DNA from: Escherichia coli
Lineage (GTDB): Bacteria > Pseudomonadota > Gammaproteobacteria > Enterobacterales > Enterobacteriaceae
NCBI RefSeq assembly: GCF_024223415.1
Contig: NZ_CP100500.1
Length of the DNA stretch: 64,000 bases
Direction: 5' to 3' (one strand)
Below are positions 35,790 to 45,818 of this stretch, piece after piece (the stretch's first letter is position 1; every line of letters begins with the position of its first letter). The notes beneath the pieces are model-generated. The model was not told the DNA's origin. It ran no database searches and saw only the letters and a program-made list of their open reading frames with translations. The position numbers and the translations under genes were made by a program.

Positions 35790-36499
35790 AAATTGAATTA
35801 ACGGTGAATGGGCTGAACGTGCAAGCGCAGTACCATGATGAAGAGATAGAACGCGTGCATAAACCGTTGCTGCGTATGCTGGCGGCCTTACAGACGGTAA
35901 ATCCGCAGCGCCGAACCGTGGTTTTTCTTTGCGCTCCGCCGGGGACGGGGAAATCTACCCTAACCACCTTCTGGGAATACCTCGCGCAACAAGACCCGGA
36001 ACTGCCCGCTATTCAGACGCTGCCGATGGATGGTTTTCACCATTACAATAGCTGGCTGGATGCGCATCAATTGCGCCCCTTCAAAGGCGCACCAGATACA
36101 TTCGATGTGGCGAAACTGGCGGAAAATCTGCGCCAGGTAGTGGAAGGGGATTGTACGTGGCCGCAATACGATCGACAAAAGCATGATCCGGTTGAAGATG
36201 CGTTGCACGTTACCGCACCACTCGTCATCGTCGAAGGAAACTGGTTGTTGCTGGACGACGAGAAGTGGTGCCAGCTTGCGCAATTTTGTGATTTCTCGAT
36301 CTTTATCAACGCGCCAGCTACTGCGTTGCGGGAACGACTGGTAGGGCGCAAGCTGGCGGGAGGGGTATCGCTGGCAGATGCAGAAGCTTTTTATGACCGT
36401 ACCGACGGGCCGAATGTTCGCCGGGTGCTGGAAGAGAGTCTGCCTGCAAATTTGACTTTAATGATGACCGCTACGGGTGAATATCGTCTGGTGGATTAA
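35786..36499 (+). CDS. yggC: P-loop nucleoside/pantothenate kinase-like protein YggC
   Basis: 237-aa ORF with Walker A PPGTGKST; MKIELTVNGLNVQAQYHDEEIERVHKPLLRML... Confidence 0.88.
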   Translation: MKIELTVNGLNVQAQYHDEEIERVHKPLLRMLAALQTVNPQRRTVVFLCAPPGTGKSTLTTFWEYLAQQDPELPAIQTLPMDGFHHYNSWLDAHQLRPFKGAPDTFDVAKLAENLRQVVEGDCTWPQYDRQKHDPVEDALHVTAPLVIVEGNWLLLDDEKWCQLAQFCDFSIFINAPATALRERLVGRKLAGGVSLADAEAFYDRTDGPNVRRVLEESLPANLTLMMTATGEYRLVD

Positions 36500-37148
36500 C
36501 GTTCCTGATTAGACCATCTTCCAGTCGCACCACACGAGAGAAATGACGCCGGGTAAATGCGGCGTCATGACTGATTGCTACGACGCTCGTGCCTCGCTGG
36601 CGGCACTTCTCCAGCCAGCTTTCAAACACGCTCAACCAATTTTCGTCAAAATCCCGACTCGGCTCGTCCAGCAGCAATAGTGGCGGAGAGAGTGCTTCCA
36701 GGCAGGCGACGGCGACCATCCGTCGCTGCGCACTATGCAGATCCAACGGGTGCGCGTTGGCAGTGTCTGCTAACTGACAACATTGCAGGGCAGCATGGGT
36801 ACGTTGAGTGATTTCATCCGCCGGGCATTTTTGCAGTTTCAAACCAAATGCGATCTCGTCAGCGACGGTGCTGTGAAAAAGTTGGTTTTCCGCTTCCTGA
36901 AACAGTACGCCAATCTTTGCCGCGCGCTGGCGGTTTTTCAGGTTTTTCATCGCCTGTTGTTGCAGCATAACCGTACCGGCTGTGGGCGTAAGAAGACCTG
37001 CCATTACTCGTAACAGCGTCGATTTCCCTGCGCCATTGTCGCCGGTCAGCGCCAACCATTCACCTTGTTTGAGTTGCAGAGAAATGTCGCAAAGACAATC
37101 CGTTGCCGCGCCAGGCCAGCGATAAGATATCTGATTTAACGTTAACAT
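36471..37148 (-). CDS. ABC/ECF-type ATPase subunit with degenerate signature and Walker B motifs (EcfA'-like)
   Basis: MLTLNQISYRW...; Walker A GDNGAGKST, signature position reads LHSAQRR instead of LSGGQ, Walker B LLLLDEPS; its 3' end overlaps the yggC 3' end convergently. Confidence 0.7.
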   Translation of the reverse strand: MLTLNQISYRWPGAATDCLCDISLQLKQGEWLALTGDNGAGKSTLLRVMAGLLTPTAGTVMLQQQAMKNLKNRQRAAKIGVLFQEAENQLFHSTVADEIAFGLKLQKCPADEITQRTHAALQCCQLADTANAHPLDLHSAQRRMVAVACLEALSPPLLLLDEPSRDFDENWLSVFESWLEKCRQRGTSVVAISHDAAFTRRHFSRVVRLEDGLIRNVNPPDDIHP

Positions 37149-37825
37149 AGTGGCTGGAGCGCTCCGTTTTGCAATTGCCACGCTTGCTGGCAGTAGTTCA
37201 GGAAAGGTGTGCGATGACGTTCAAAAAGAATAATCAGCGAACCACGTTCAAACGCCCAGTGTTGTAAGCGCTGCAACAGCATTTCGCTGGCCTGCGGCGT
37301 CAGGCGGCTAAAGGCTTCATCAAGAATTAATAGCTTTGGCTGCATCGCGATGGCGCAGGCGATGACCACGCGCTGTGTCTCTCCACCGGAGAGTGTTGCC
37401 GGGTGACGATGGCGCAACGGCTGGCACTCGGTCAGAGTCAGGGCGGCATCAATCCGAGCCATAATCTCTGCTTCAGCAAGACACAGATTTTCTGGCCCAA
37501 AGGCAACTTCTTCTTCCACGCTAAAGGTACAGCCGGAGAGCTGCAAATAGGGCGATTGCTGGACGAGCTGGATGGTGGCGGATTGTTCATTAAGCGGGAG
37601 ATGCCCAATGGGCGTACCGAGGAGCGTCCCCGTGCCTGTTATCTCTCCTGGCAGAAAGTCCGGATACCAGCCCGCCATCAGCTGTGCCAGCGTACTTTTG
37701 CCACTGCCGTTGTCACCAAAGATGGCGACCATCCCCGGTTTGACATAGTGAAAGTCATAACAGAACGGAGGATGTGTTGAGTGTGTCGGGCAATAACGGA
37801 ACTGTTCTAACGTAACCATATCCAC
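37142..37825 (-). CDS. ABC/ECF-type ATPase subunit (EcfA-like)
   Basis: Walker A GDNGSGKST, signature LSGGETQR, Walker B LLILDEA; start overlaps the preceding gene. Confidence 0.75.
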   Translation of the reverse strand: MDMVTLEQFRYCPTHSTHPPFCYDFHYVKPGMVAIFGDNGSGKSTLAQLMAGWYPDFLPGEITGTGTLLGTPIGHLPLNEQSATIQLVQQSPYLQLSGCTFSVEEEVAFGPENLCLAEAEIMARIDAALTLTECQPLRHRHPATLSGGETQRVVIACAIAMQPKLLILDEAFSRLTPQASEMLLQRLQHWAFERGSLIILFERHRTPFLNYCQQAWQLQNGALQPLC

Positions 37826-38514
37826 GCTCCGAATTCTGTCAGCATCAGCAAGATCATGGTGTAACGCGCTACGCGTTGTAGGGTGCTATCGGCTGGTGCC
37901 CACAACGTTGTTCGTCGATTGTGGATCCGAAATGCCCGCATATCCAGCGCCGCACCACGGACAGCAAGATCGTTTAGCGCATTGTGTGTTAGCGGAATAA
38001 TTAACGCGGGCATCGCACGTAAACGCTGATACCAGCCCTCATCCAGCGGCACGCCGCGGGCACGCTGCGCTTCATGAATAATCGCTAATTGCCGTTTTAA
38101 CTGCTCAACGACCAATAACGGCCCGGCAAACAGATAAGCGACGCCTGGCGGCAGGCGAGAAGCAAACAGAGCGCGGATAAAACATTGCACGGGGACGTAC
38201 TGCATCCACAACTGTGAGGTTGAAACAATCGCCAGAATCCGCAACCAGAGCGTAATAGCATGCGTCCAACGCTCCGGCGAACGCGGCGTGCCGCTTAGCC
38301 ATTCTGTTAGCCAGCCACCGTGTACCAGCCACAGCCCGGCTCCCAGCGAGAACATCAGCCAGACGACATATTTTGCCCGCCGCCGCGTGGCCTTTAGCGC
38401 AATAAGGCAGAAAAAGGTCGCCGCGCTATAGATCGGCAAAATGGTCTGCGCGGGCAGGATAAGCGTGGTGCAGGCCGCCAATGCCCACAGTGTTAATGAG
38501 GTAAATGGATGCAT
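37807..38514 (-). CDS. ECF transporter transmembrane T component (CbiQ/EcfT family)
   Basis: 235-aa polytopic membrane ORF with C-terminal Arg-rich coupling-helix region (...AIIHEAQRARGVPLDEGWYQRLRAMP...). Confidence 0.65.
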   Translation of the reverse strand: MHPFTSLTLWALAACTTLILPAQTILPIYSAATFFCLIALKATRRRAKYVVWLMFSLGAGLWLVHGGWLTEWLSGTPRSPERWTHAITLWLRILAIVSTSQLWMQYVPVQCFIRALFASRLPPGVAYLFAGPLLVVEQLKRQLAIIHEAQRARGVPLDEGWYQRLRAMPALIIPLTHNALNDLAVRGAALDMRAFRIHNRRTTLWAPADSTLQRVARYTMILLMLTEFGAWIWLR

Positions 38515-39093
38515 TTAGCGCACGGCAGCCATTGCCGGAAAATGGCGCGTGGTGCGAATCGGCAGCTGGCGCAGTAAAAGCCAGACAATCACCGCTGTAA
38601 GAGTTTTATCGACCAGGTTCGCGCCTATCACCGTAATCGCCACCGACTCCACCAGGTTTTGCCCCATCGAGTGCATCCAGGCAACGAACAAATCGGCTCC
38701 GCTACCGGTGACACCGCCGAACAGCGCAGTACGCAGCGGTACAGCGACGACCGTTACCGCAAGCGTAATAATCACGCCGCTGACAACGACTTTTGGCAGG
38801 GTGCGGAACCAACCCGCTCGCGCCAGCCAACCGGCGACCAGGCCGATGACCATCGCCACGGGCGCAAATGCGGCGGCGATCGGGTCGGTCAGCAATCCCC
38901 AGAGTAAATTGGTCAGTAAACCGGTCAGCATCCCGATCACCGGACCAAGCAGTACCGCGCTAATAAGTGTGCCGATGGAGTCGAGAAATATAGGTAATTT
39001 GACCATGCTGGCCAGTTGCCCGCCGATCATATTGATGGCGATAGATATAACGATTAACACCAGCGCCTGACTGGAAAAGTGGCTACGCGCCAT
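38515..39093 (-). CDS. ECF transporter substrate-specific S component (small integral membrane protein)
   Basis: 192-aa hydrophobic ORF MARSHFSSQALVLIVISIAINMIGGQLASMVKLPIFLDSIGTLISAVLLGP...; GAGAGG ribosome-binding site 7 nt upstream of this Met; stop abuts the T-component start. Confidence 0.6.
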   Translation of the reverse strand: MARSHFSSQALVLIVISIAINMIGGQLASMVKLPIFLDSIGTLISAVLLGPVIGMLTGLLTNLLWGLLTDPIAAAFAPVAMVIGLVAGWLARAGWFRTLPKVVVSGVIITLAVTVVAVPLRTALFGGVTGSGADLFVAWMHSMGQNLVESVAITVIGANLVDKTLTAVIVWLLLRQLPIRTTRHFPAMAAVR

Positions 39094-39115
39094 AAGAAAA
39101 CCTCTCTGAAAGTAG

Positions 39116-39547
39116 TTATTTAACGGGGGAAATATGCAACTCGTCGTAACCAGAAAGCGCGCAAGGTTGGCGGCTAAACGCCAGTTCCTCAAGGCTACCG
39201 ATCACCAGTTCAAGCGTGGTCCGCACGGTACAGCCGGGCATCATATGACCGCCAAGCATCGTGCCGTGTGGATCGGAAACGCAGAGATGAAGATGCTCAC
39301 CACTCTGTTCCAACGTGCCGTTTAGTGAGATCACTTCGAATGTACCGTTCAGGAGCGTGGTGCCTTCTTGCCCGGCATAGCGCAAGGCGATGTCAGTCAG
39401 GCTACCGGTACAGCCTGCAATCCAGGCGGCATGAAGTTGCTGCTGCTGTGCAAAAGCGTGTAGCTGGGAAAAAACTTCCTGCCCGGGGAGGAGGCGCAGT
39501 GCGTAAAAGCGTGCGGAGGAAGAATATGGGTAGGGCAATGTCATCAT
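39116..39547 (-). CDS. PPC/DUF296-domain protein (AT-hook-less PPC DNA-binding-like), first gene of the ECF-type operon
   Basis: 143-aa ORF MMTLPYPYSSSARFYALRLLPGQEVFSQLHAFAQQQQLHAAWIAGCTGSLTD...; family assignment from memory of DUF296 proteins. Confidence 0.5.
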   Translation of the reverse strand: MMTLPYPYSSSARFYALRLLPGQEVFSQLHAFAQQQQLHAAWIAGCTGSLTDIALRYAGQEGTTLLNGTFEVISLNGTLEQSGEHLHLCVSDPHGTMLGGHMMPGCTVRTTLELVIGSLEELAFSRQPCALSGYDELHISPVK

Positions 39548-39918
39548 TGGAGTACTCCGAAACTCGGACGTATTGCGGATAATATCGACGCTGCATCAGT
39601 CATATTCTGATATAAGTCAGGGTTTGTGACGGCACAACGAAAAGATTTTGCTACGCTTATTCGTGATTCTGCAAAGTGGAATAAATTCCACAGGGGCGGG
39701 GCTGAAAACGTGACGTAAGTCAGATAATTGTCTTCTTTGACTGGACAATCATTCCTTTTATTCCACGTTTCGCTTATCCTAGCTGAAGCGTTTCAGTCGA
39801 TTAAATGTTCGACAATTAACCAATCAGTCGCAGTTTGCGACAGGTAAGGTTTCCCCGGACGATTTGCTGGATTACTCTGTCTGGCAAATTTGCTCAGGGA
39901 AAACCTTGCAGGAGATCT

Positions 39919-40938
39919 ATGACCGTACGCGTAGCGATAAATGGCTTCGGTCGCATCGGGCGTAATGTGGTTCGTGCTTTGTATGAATCCGGACGCCGGG
40001 CGGAAATTACCGTGGTGGCAATCAACGAACTGGCGGATGCTGCGGGCATGGCGCATTTGTTGAAATATGACACCAGCCATGGCCGTTTTGCATGGGAAGT
40101 ACGACAGGAACGCGATCAACTTTTTGTTGGTGATGACGCCATCCGCGTATTGCATGAACGTTCACTGCAATCGCTCCCCTGGCGTGAACTTGGCGTTGAT
40201 GTAGTCCTCGACTGCACCGGCGTATATGGCTCCCGCGAGCATGGCGAAGCGCATATTGCCGCCGGGGCCAAAAAAGTGCTCTTTTCACATCCTGGCAGTA
40301 ACGATCTCGACGCGACCGTTGTTTACGGCGTCAATCAGGATCAACTTCGTGCGGAACACCGCATCGTTTCTAACGCTTCCTGTACCACGAATTGCATAAT
40401 TCCCGTCATCAAATTGTTAGATGATGCGTACGGTATTGAGTCCGGCACTGTGACCACAATTCACTCCGCCATGCACGATCAACAGGTTATTGATGCATAC
40501 CATCCTGACCTGCGTCGCACCCGGGCAGCCAGCCAGTCGATCATTCCGGTCGATACTAAACTGGCCGCCGGTATCACACGATTTTTTCCGCAATTTAACG
40601 ATCGCTTTGAAGCGATTGCGGTACGTGTGCCAACCATAAATGTGACGGCAATCGATTTAAGCGTGACGGTGAAGAAACCTGTAAAAGCCAATGAAGTCAA
40701 CCTGTTGCTGCAAAAAGCAGCACAAGGTGCATTTCATGGTATAGTTGACTATACGGAATTGCCGTTGGTCTCTGTAGATTTTAACCACGATCCGCACAGT
40801 GCCATTGTCGATGGCACCCAAACCCGGGTCAGTGGCGCACACCTGATCAAAACGTTGGTCTGGTGCGATAACGAATGGGGCTTTGCTAACCGAATGCTCG
40901 ACACGACGTTAGCTATGGCTACTGTTGCTTTCAGGTAA
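39919..40938 (+). CDS. epd: D-erythrose-4-phosphate dehydrogenase
   Basis: [55 protein letters not shown]...; internal Met chosen. Confidence 0.95.
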
Positions 40939-40987
40939 GACGCAAGCAGCGTCTGCAAAACTTTTAGAATCAACGAGAGGATTCACC

Positions 40988-42151
40988 ATGTCTGTAATTA
41001 AGATGACCGATCTGGATCTTGCTGGGAAACGTGTATTTATCCGTGCGGATCTGAACGTACCAGTAAAAGACGGGAAAGTAACCAGCGACGCGCGTATCCG
41101 TGCTTCTCTGCCGACCATCGAACTGGCCCTGAAACAAGGCGCAAAAGTGATGGTAACTTCCCACCTGGGTCGTCCTACCGAAGGCGAGTACAACGAAGAA
41201 TTCTCTCTGCTGCCGGTTGTTAACTACCTGAAAGACAAACTGTCTAACCCGGTTCGTCTGGTTAAAGATTACCTCGACGGCGTTGACGTTGCTGAAGGTG
41301 AACTGGTTGTTCTGGAAAACGTTCGCTTCAACAAAGGCGAGAAGAAAGACGACGAAACCCTGTCCAAAAAATACGCTGCACTGTGTGACGTGTTCGTAAT
41401 GGACGCATTCGGTACTGCTCACCGCGCGCAGGCTTCTACTCACGGTATCGGTAAATTCGCTGACGTTGCGTGCGCAGGCCCGCTGCTGGCAGCTGAACTG
41501 GACGCGCTGGGTAAAGCACTGAAAGAACCTGCTCGCCCGATGGTGGCTATCGTTGGTGGTTCTAAAGTATCTACCAAACTGACCGTTCTGGACTCCCTGT
41601 CTAAAATCGCTGACCAGCTGATTGTTGGTGGTGGTATCGCTAACACCTTTATCGCGGCACAAGGCCACGATGTGGGTAAATCCCTGTACGAAGCTGACCT
41701 GGTTGACGAAGCAAAACGTCTGCTGACCACCTGCAACATCCCGGTTCCGTCTGATGTTCGCGTAGCAACCGAGTTCTCTGAAACCGCTCCGGCTACCCTG
41801 AAATCTGTTAACGACGTGAAAGCTGACGAGCAGATCCTGGATATCGGTGATGCTTCCGCTCAGGAACTGGCTGAAATCCTGAAGAATGCGAAAACCATTC
41901 TGTGGAACGGTCCGGTTGGCGTGTTCGAATTCCCGAACTTCCGCAAAGGTACTGAAATCGTGGCTAACGCTATCGCAGACAGCGAAGCGTTCTCCATCGC
42001 TGGCGGCGGCGACACTCTGGCAGCAATCGACCTGTTCGGCATTGCTGACAAAATTTCCTACATCTCCACTGGCGGCGGCGCATTCCTCGAATTCGTGGAA
42101 GGTAAAGTACTGCCTGCAGTAGCGATGCTCGAAGAGCGCGCTAAGAAGTAA
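40988..42151 (+). CDS. pgk: phosphoglycerate kinase
   Basis: [48 protein letters not shown]... Confidence 0.96.
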
Positions 42152-42365
42152 AAAATCACAGGGCAGGGAAACCTGCCCTTGTTTCAGCGCGCTTTTAGAG
42201 CACGCATTTTTTCATACTCTAAATAATTCGAGTTGCAGGAAGGCGACAAGAGAGTGAATCCCCAGGAGCTTACATAAGTAAGTGACTGGGGTGAGCGAAC
42301 GCAGACGCAGCACATGCAACTTGAAGTATGACGAGTATAAGGCCCGACGATACAGGACAAGAGAC

Positions 42366-43445
42366 ATGTCTAAGATTTTTGATTTCGTAAAACCTGGCGT
42401 AATCACTGGTGATGACGTACAGAAAGTTTTCCAGGTAGCAAAAGAAAACAACTTCGCACTGCCAGCAGTAAACTGCGTCGGTACTGACTCCATCAACGCC
42501 GTACTGGAAACCGCTGCTAAAGTTAAAGCGCCGGTTATCGTTCAGTTCTCCAACGGTGGTGCTTCCTTTATCGCTGGTAAAGGCGTGAAATCTGACGTTC
42601 CGCAGGGTGCTGCTATCCTGGGCGCGATCTCTGGTGCGCATCACGTTCACCAGATGGCTGAACATTATGGTGTTCCGGTTATCCTGCACACTGACCACTG
42701 CGCGAAGAAACTGCTGCCGTGGATCGACGGTCTGCTGGACGCGGGTGAAAAACACTTCGCTGCTACCGGCAAGCCGCTGTTCTCTTCTCACATGATCGAC
42801 CTGTCTGAAGAATCTCTGCAAGAGAACATCGAAATCTGCTCTAAATACCTGGAGCGCATGTCCAAAATCGGCATGACTCTGGAAATCGAACTGGGTTGCA
42901 CCGGTGGTGAAGAAGACGGCGTGGACAACAGCCACATGGACGCTTCTGCACTGTACACCCAGCCGGAAGACGTTGATTACGCATACACCGAGCTGAGCAA
43001 AATCAGCCCGCGTTTCACCATCGCAGCGTCCTTCGGTAACGTACACGGTGTTTACAAGCCGGGTAACGTGGTTCTGACTCCGACCATCCTGCGTGATTCT
43101 CAGGAATATGTTTCTAAGAAACACAACCTGCCGCACAACAGCCTGAACTTCGTATTCCACGGTGGTTCCGGTTCTACTGCTCAGGAAATCAAAGACTCCG
43201 TAAGCTACGGCGTAGTGAAAATGAACATCGATACCGATACCCAATGGGCAACCTGGGAAGGCGTTCTGAACTACTACAAAGCGAACGAAGCTTATCTGCA
43301 GGGTCAGCTGGGTAACCCGAAAGGCGAAGATCAGCCGAACAAGAAATACTACGATCCGCGCGTATGGCTGCGTGCCGGTCAGACTTCGATGATCGCTCGT
43401 CTGGAAAAAGCATTCCAGGAACTGAACGCGATCGACGTTCTGTAA
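42366..43445 (+). CDS. fbaA: fructose-bisphosphate aldolase class II
   Basis: MSKIFDFVKPGVITGDDVQKVFQVAKENNFALPAVNCVGTDSINAVLE... Confidence 0.96.
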   Translation: MSKIFDFVKPGVITGDDVQKVFQVAKENNFALPAVNCVGTDSINAVLETAAKVKAPVIVQFSNGGASFIAGKGVKSDVPQGAAILGAISGAHHVHQMAEHYGVPVILHTDHCAKKLLPWIDGLLDAGEKHFAATGKPLFSSHMIDLSEESLQENIEICSKYLERMSKIGMTLEIELGCTGGEEDGVDNSHMDASALYTQPEDVDYAYTELSKISPRFTIAASFGNVHGVYKPGNVVLTPTILRDSQEYVSKKHNLPHNSLNFVFHGGSGSTAQEIKDSVSYGVVKMNIDTDTQWATWEGVLNYYKANEAYLQGQLGNPKGEDQPNKKYYDPRVWLRAGQTSMIARLEKAFQELNAIDVL

Positions 43446-43467
43446 GATATTCCTTTCTGCTTATCTC

Positions 43468-43502
43468 AAGGCCCGCTCTGCGGGTCTTTTTTTTGCCAAA
43501 AG
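43468..43502 (+). terminator. fbaA rho-independent terminator
   Basis: gcccgctctgcgggtc followed by tttttttt; a near-identical copy lies at 43636-43670. Confidence 0.65.
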
Positions 43503-43635
43503 AAAAATTGCCTGATGCGCTACGCTTATCAGGCCTACACGTATCCTGCAATATATTGAATTCGCAGGTTTTTGTAGGCCGGATAAGGCGTTCACGCCGC
43601 ATCCGGCATGACAAAGCGCACATTGATATCTGTCT
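43503..43635. repeat. BIME / REP pair
   Basis: gcctgatgcgctacgcttatcaggcctac ... gtaggccggataaggcgttcacgccgcatccggc. Confidence 0.8.
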
Positions 43636-43803
43636 GAGCCCCGCTCTGCGGGTCTTTTTTTCGCCAAAAGCAAGGTGATACAGATGAGAAATCTGTGATC
43701 TATTTGGCAAAATTATGCTTTATTGTTTACCCTTGTCAGACTGCCCGTCATAAGGCGGCGGAGTGTATTTCTCCATTTTGAGTCAGTTGAAAAGGAATAT
43801 TGA

Positions 43804-44679
<876 letters not shown>

Positions 44680-44688
44680 TCATGTGAA

Positions 44689-44711
44689 GCGCCCATGAAA
44701 TTCATGGGCGC
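44689..44711. terminator. hairpin between convergent mscS and the solute-binding-protein gene (possible bidirectional terminator)
   Basis: gcgcccatgaaattcatgggcgc; no strong U-run on either side. Confidence 0.35.
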
Positions 44712-44720
44712 ACTACCAAT

Positions 44721-45764
44721 TTAACGCATTGTTTCATCAAGTATATTGGCAACTTTTTGCATGACTTCCCCGGCATTATCCACGCCTTCAGTTTTTTGCT
44801 GTTCTACCCACTGCGTTTGCTCTTGCTGATAACCAATCGCTTTCTGCCAGGCGTCCAGCTCTGATTTTTTCAAATAGCGAACCTGTGCACCTTCCTGCTC
44901 AAGCGTTTTTACCATGCTGATCAGGTTGTTATCTAATGCCTTGCCCAGCGCTTTCTCGGTTGTAATGGCCGCTCGTTGAATAGCCTCACGATCTCTGTTA
45001 TCAAGGTTTTCCCACGTTTGTTTATTCATTACCAACAGATAAACATGACCAAGCCAGAGCGAAGGGGAGAGCAACACATTCGGCGCAGCACGTTCAGCAT
45101 GGATGTCATATCCGCTATCAAGATTGACCATTAAGCCATCGAGTTGTCCGTCGCGGAGTGCTGTCGTAATTTGCTCATTCCACGGTAAGGTTACGGTTTT
45201 TGCCCCCGTATGAGTTAAATAAGCCCGGTGCCAGAAACTGGCTGTTCGCCAGGTGGTTCCCTGAAGTGCAGTCAATTTATCAATGGGCCTGGTAGAGAAA
45301 AAGCCTACCGGGTAGCCAAGGAAAAACTGTAAATTCACGATATTGTTACGCTCAAGTTCAGCGTTAAACTCGGGAATTTCCGCATATACGCGACGAAAGA
45401 ATTCTACCTGACTGGCTCCATGATCCGGGCCAATAGCAAAGCTCTTGAAGATTTGATGAAGCGGTAATTGTTTCGCTGTGTATTCCGGTACCACTATACC
45501 CATATCAGCTTTGCTACCATCACTTATTGTCGTCAGAGCGTCATAGCTGATGGCGGTTTCACCGTTCCAGTGTGGTTCGATTTTCAAACGCCCCTGCGAC
45601 TCTTTTTCAATTTCTGCAAAAAATATCTCTTTAATTATTTGTGTACGCATTCCCCCGTAGGGTTCATGGTCTGTATAACGAAGAATTTTTTCAGCGGCAA
45701 CGTTGTGGGAAGATATCAGAAGTAATCCTGATACCAGAGAAAGTAAAAAGTGTTTGAATGTCAT
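44721..45764 (-). CDS. DctP-family (TRAP-type) periplasmic solute-binding protein, orphan (no DctQ/DctM adjacent)
   Basis: Signal peptide MTFKHFLLSLVSGLLLISSHNVAA, then a fold-length ORF with DctP-like stretches (...ALRDGQLDGLMVN..., ...TWENLDNRDREAI...); internal Met chosen. Confidence 0.6.
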   Translation of the reverse strand: MTFKHFLLSLVSGLLLISSHNVAAEKILRYTDHEPYGGMRTQIIKEIFFAEIEKESQGRLKIEPHWNGETAISYDALTTISDGSKADMGIVVPEYTAKQLPLHQIFKSFAIGPDHGASQVEFFRRVYAEIPEFNAELERNNIVNLQFFLGYPVGFFSTRPIDKLTALQGTTWRTASFWHRAYLTHTGAKTVTLPWNEQITTALRDGQLDGLMVNLDSGYDIHAERAAPNVLLSPSLWLGHVYLLVMNKQTWENLDNRDREAIQRAAITTEKALGKALDNNLISMVKTLEQEGAQVRYLKKSELDAWQKAIGYQQEQTQWVEQQKTEGVDNAGEVMQKVANILDETMR

Positions 45765-45818
45765 CTCAGTTCCATCTGTAATTTTATTGGTCGTCATTAA
45801 TATCAAAAACCGTGAACT

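Noticed and set aside
39548-39918. Looked for a riboswitch (for example TPP) in the leader of the ECF-type operon
   Set aside because: I could not find the conserved TPP-element motifs (CUGAGA or the GGGG...ACCUGAUCUGG core) on the minus strand by eye; a covariance-model scan is still needed before any claim.
43189-43710. ORFs of 173 and 104 aa spanning the fbaA/mscS spacer
   Set aside because: They cover the REP pair and the duplicated terminator hairpins; they are products of GC-rich palindromes, not genes.
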